DNA of 63,983 nt, counting the filler, from Reticulomyxa filosa (Eukaryota > Protista > Foraminifera), in assembly GCA_000512085.1 (NCBI GenBank). It is 26 parts of 26 records of this genome, joined end to end, with 100 filler letters (N's around TTAATTAATTAA, not from the genome) between each part and the next. Parts side by side here need not be neighbours in the genome. Positions count along the whole stretch, not along the records: positions 60,795 to 62,773 come from ASPP01005073.1; positions 62,874 to 63,983 come from ASPP01031341.1; 24 more parts are not named here. The stretch is one strand, 5' to 3'. The stretch's first letter is position 1. Each line of letters begins with the position of its first letter. The notes below the pieces were generated by a model that saw only the letters and a program-made list of their open reading frames with translations, was not told where the DNA came from and searched no databases. A program made the position numbers and the translations under genes. This document shows, one piece after another, positions 61,445 through 63,983 of the stretch.

Positions 61445-62503
61445 ATGTCCGTTTCAACAAAGATAGAATCGGAAGCTGGTGCTCGTTCCTGCACAGACGT
61501 TCGGCCGCTGCCCGACCAAAGCAAGGCCAGACAGCCGACGACAAAACGAGCAAAAGCGGGGACAAAGAAGAGAACGAAAGACAGAATGTCAATGGACGGA
61601 ACAAAGTATGTAAGAAAGGTGCCCTGCAAGCCAACCGCAGTACGTACAATACGTTCGCAATCGATTCACTTTGGAGCGATTGCATTGTCACTGTCGGAAT
61701 CGAACGAAGCGCCTTCGGACGCAGCTGCCATCGAAGAAGAAGGTGAAGAAGATGAAGAAGATGAAGATGAAGAAGAAAAAGAAAGCATGAACAAACACAA
61801 AGAAGATGATAATAAAAGTGAACATAAAGAAATGAAACGTGTGGAAAGCGCATCGCACTTGCCAACATACCATATCTGTACATTAGCACATTGCAAGAAC
61901 CCCCGATGTAGGGCGATATCGCGCGAGCGACGCCAGCAAAACAAGATGCGAAAGCACGAGATGGGGACGAGCAAAAAAGAAGAAAGAGAAACAGAAAAAG
62001 AAAAGCATGACTCGAAAGGGACGGACGACCTATCGATAAAAGAGATTGTGGAAAACTACGGAAGTCACTCGCAGTCGCAAGTGCAAAGTGACAGTCAGTC
62101 GATTCTGAGCAACGTGAGTCCGGCCACGCAGGCCGTGCACTTGGAGTTTCAGAGCTTATCTTTCGAAACAGAAAAGGTACATATCATAACTGACAACAAC
62201 GACATTGACATGTTGGACGAGGAAATCCCTTTGGAAAATTTCATCGTCGCTTTGCAAGAAGGTAATATCCGCATCATGACTGAACATGATAAACATATCG
62301 AGTACTCGACTGGAGTCAAAATTGCCAGACACCATTCCATGGGAGATCGCAGACTGCTTGAAACCTTTACCAAAACGCGGCAATTGCATGACATTGCCGA
62401 AACCAATGAACCCAAAACTTCCTCATTCCACAAGTCCGCTCATAGTCACAATTCCAATAGCTCCGACAGCGGCTGGTCTCGTCAAGACTCGGATGATGCT
62501 TGA
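61445..62503 (+). CDS. Low-complexity acidic/basic hypothetical protein, probable last exon
   Basis: 352-aa ORF with coding-like composition, ending at TGA and followed by a T-rich 3' region. Confidence 0.65.
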   Translation: MSVSTKIESEAGARSCTDVRPLPDQSKARQPTTKRAKAGTKKRTKDRMSMDGTKYVRKVPCKPTAVRTIRSQSIHFGAIALSLSESNEAPSDAAAIEEEGEEDEEDEDEEEKESMNKHKEDDNKSEHKEMKRVESASHLPTYHICTLAHCKNPRCRAISRERRQQNKMRKHEMGTSKKEERETEKEKHDSKGTDDLSIKEIVENYGSHSQSQVQSDSQSILSNVSPATQAVHLEFQSLSFETEKVHIITDNNDIDMLDEEIPLENFIVALQEGNIRIMTEHDKHIEYSTGVKIARHHSMGDRRLLETFTKTRQLHDIAETNEPKTSSFHKSAHSHNSNSSDSGWSRQDSDDA

Positions 62504-63983
62504 TCCCGCTTCTAATGTTGTGTCTTTTATTCACACACGGTTAACAACGGCTGCTAACTTTTTTATTTTCTTTTTTTTTTTTTTTTTTCAATTGTTGTAT
62601 TTATCATTTCTTAAATGCTCTCTCCTGCTCGGGTTTTTAATATACGTTGGTCGATTTTCCTTTTGTTTTTTAATATAGTCCCTGTTTTGAAAAGTAAAAT
62701 TAGGTTCAAATATTGCTTGTTTTTTTTTTTGTTGTTTGGATTGATGCAAAAAAAAAAAAAAAAAAAAAAACGTNNNNNNNNNNNNNNNNNNNNNNNNNNN
62801 NNNNNNNNNNNNNNNNNTTAATTAATTAANNNNNNNNNNNNNNNNNNNNNNNNNNNNNNNNNNNNNNNNNNNNAGAAAAAAGAAAAAAAGCAAAAGTGAG
62901 GGAGGGTGAAATAATAATGAAGAAGAAGGAGGCATGCTGTCCAAGTTTGGTTATTTGAATTGTGTGTTATTTCTGGCAATGCGCAAAATCGACACTCGAT
63001 CGTAGACTAACTCACATAGTGCAATCTGATGTAAGTTCGAGCATTGTCAGCACGAAACATTGGAAAACTTATTTTCCATCAACTTATGCACACAAGTATC
63101 TTCAAATAATTATTGGATGACACACCATCAAATACGATATTGAACTGCTACTACATGTGTCAGCAAACAGTGATAAATCCAGGAACAACCGAAACTGATC
63201 GTGTGCGTACGTACATTCGCAACTTTGTGTTTGAACCGTAATTGGAGAAATCGTTTGCGACGAATACACGCCCAAAAATTTAAAAAAAATTATTTTTCAT
63301 CATTAAAGTACCAATCCATATGTTGGTTGTGCTATAAATGCCCGCTCAAAATGTATCTCTCATCAAAGGGATAATATTTTTTTCAAGCACAAAGTCCATA
63401 TGTTTTCGTGGAACAGTTGGGCAGATTTCACACACAAATCTCCGAAATTTTAGCATTGGTGCAGCTAGACGAAAGAAAGGTCACCAAGAAGAAAAGAAAG
63501 CTGTTGCGATACGCGCAAAGTAGAAAAGATGGTATCGCAACGGCTGCAGAAAAAAAGTGGAAGCGATGAAGCAAAGAACGTGAAAGTCGTTAGGAAATAA
63601 TTACTCATCACAATCGAGAAAATCGATCATCGGAAGAATGTTTCATATGAAGTGGTTGAACTTGGAGAGAGTTTTGCGAAACTCCGTGAATATATTGACA
63701 GGCAAGGAGGTAAATAGGAGTAGGAGAAGGATTTGGATGAAGAAAGAGTATCGCGTCGGACAGTTAAAAAAAAACTGTCTCTAAATTTTCTAAATGTTGT
63801 TATGTATGGCTCTTTACACCCACGAGTGAAGATTTTGTGTTTCCAGCCATGCACTACCTTCCCATAGAACGCGCCGATCAAAGACAATGAATAAGTGTAT
63901 GAAAACGTCTTGCAGTGGTAACGCGAGCAATTGGAACGAACTTGACCATTAGTATATGTGCACACAAGTCTCTGGCGCTGTGT

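Noticed and set aside
62874-63983. Coding-like composition suggesting a decayed transposon
   Set aside because: Stops in all frames and no transposase, RT or integrase motif recognised.

Overview
This is not one locus. It is a pseudo-scaffold of 26 short, unrelated contigs joined by 25 identical 100-bp artificial linkers (44 N + TTAATTAATTAA six-frame stop + 44 N), so synteny is only meaningful inside a contig. The DNA is AT-rich, intron-containing and eukaryotic. Its multicopy, often decayed WD40, Kelch, TPR, RING/TRAF, NACHT-type and CUE/PUB families closely match what I recall of the foraminiferan Reticulomyxa filosa (recognition, not a search result). Recognisable fragments: a C2H2 zinc finger, a divergent CAMK/CDPK-type kinase, DENND6, RA-domain, ankyrin and SAM proteins, PhoD, a ~1100-aa coiled-coil protein, Piezo, MAPEG, a 2OG-Fe(II) oxygenase, PP2A-B56, a GBP/atlastin/VLIG-like GTPase with Cys/His repeats, a decayed LINE reverse transcriptase, and one GC-rich bacterial contig with an EF-hand gene. 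Most interesting: (i) an intron-containing, membrane-anchored, bacterial-type solute-binding + vWA gene, head-to-head with a second gene carrying a phage/bacterial-like FGDN...GQA motif; (ii) a TA-flanked terminal-inverted-repeat family (one ~225-bp MITE plus three solo ends) whose copies all lie beside WD40/Kelch genes, two of them at truncation points; (iii) the immune-type GTPase; (iv) introns with T-runs near the donor and poly-A before the AG acceptor.
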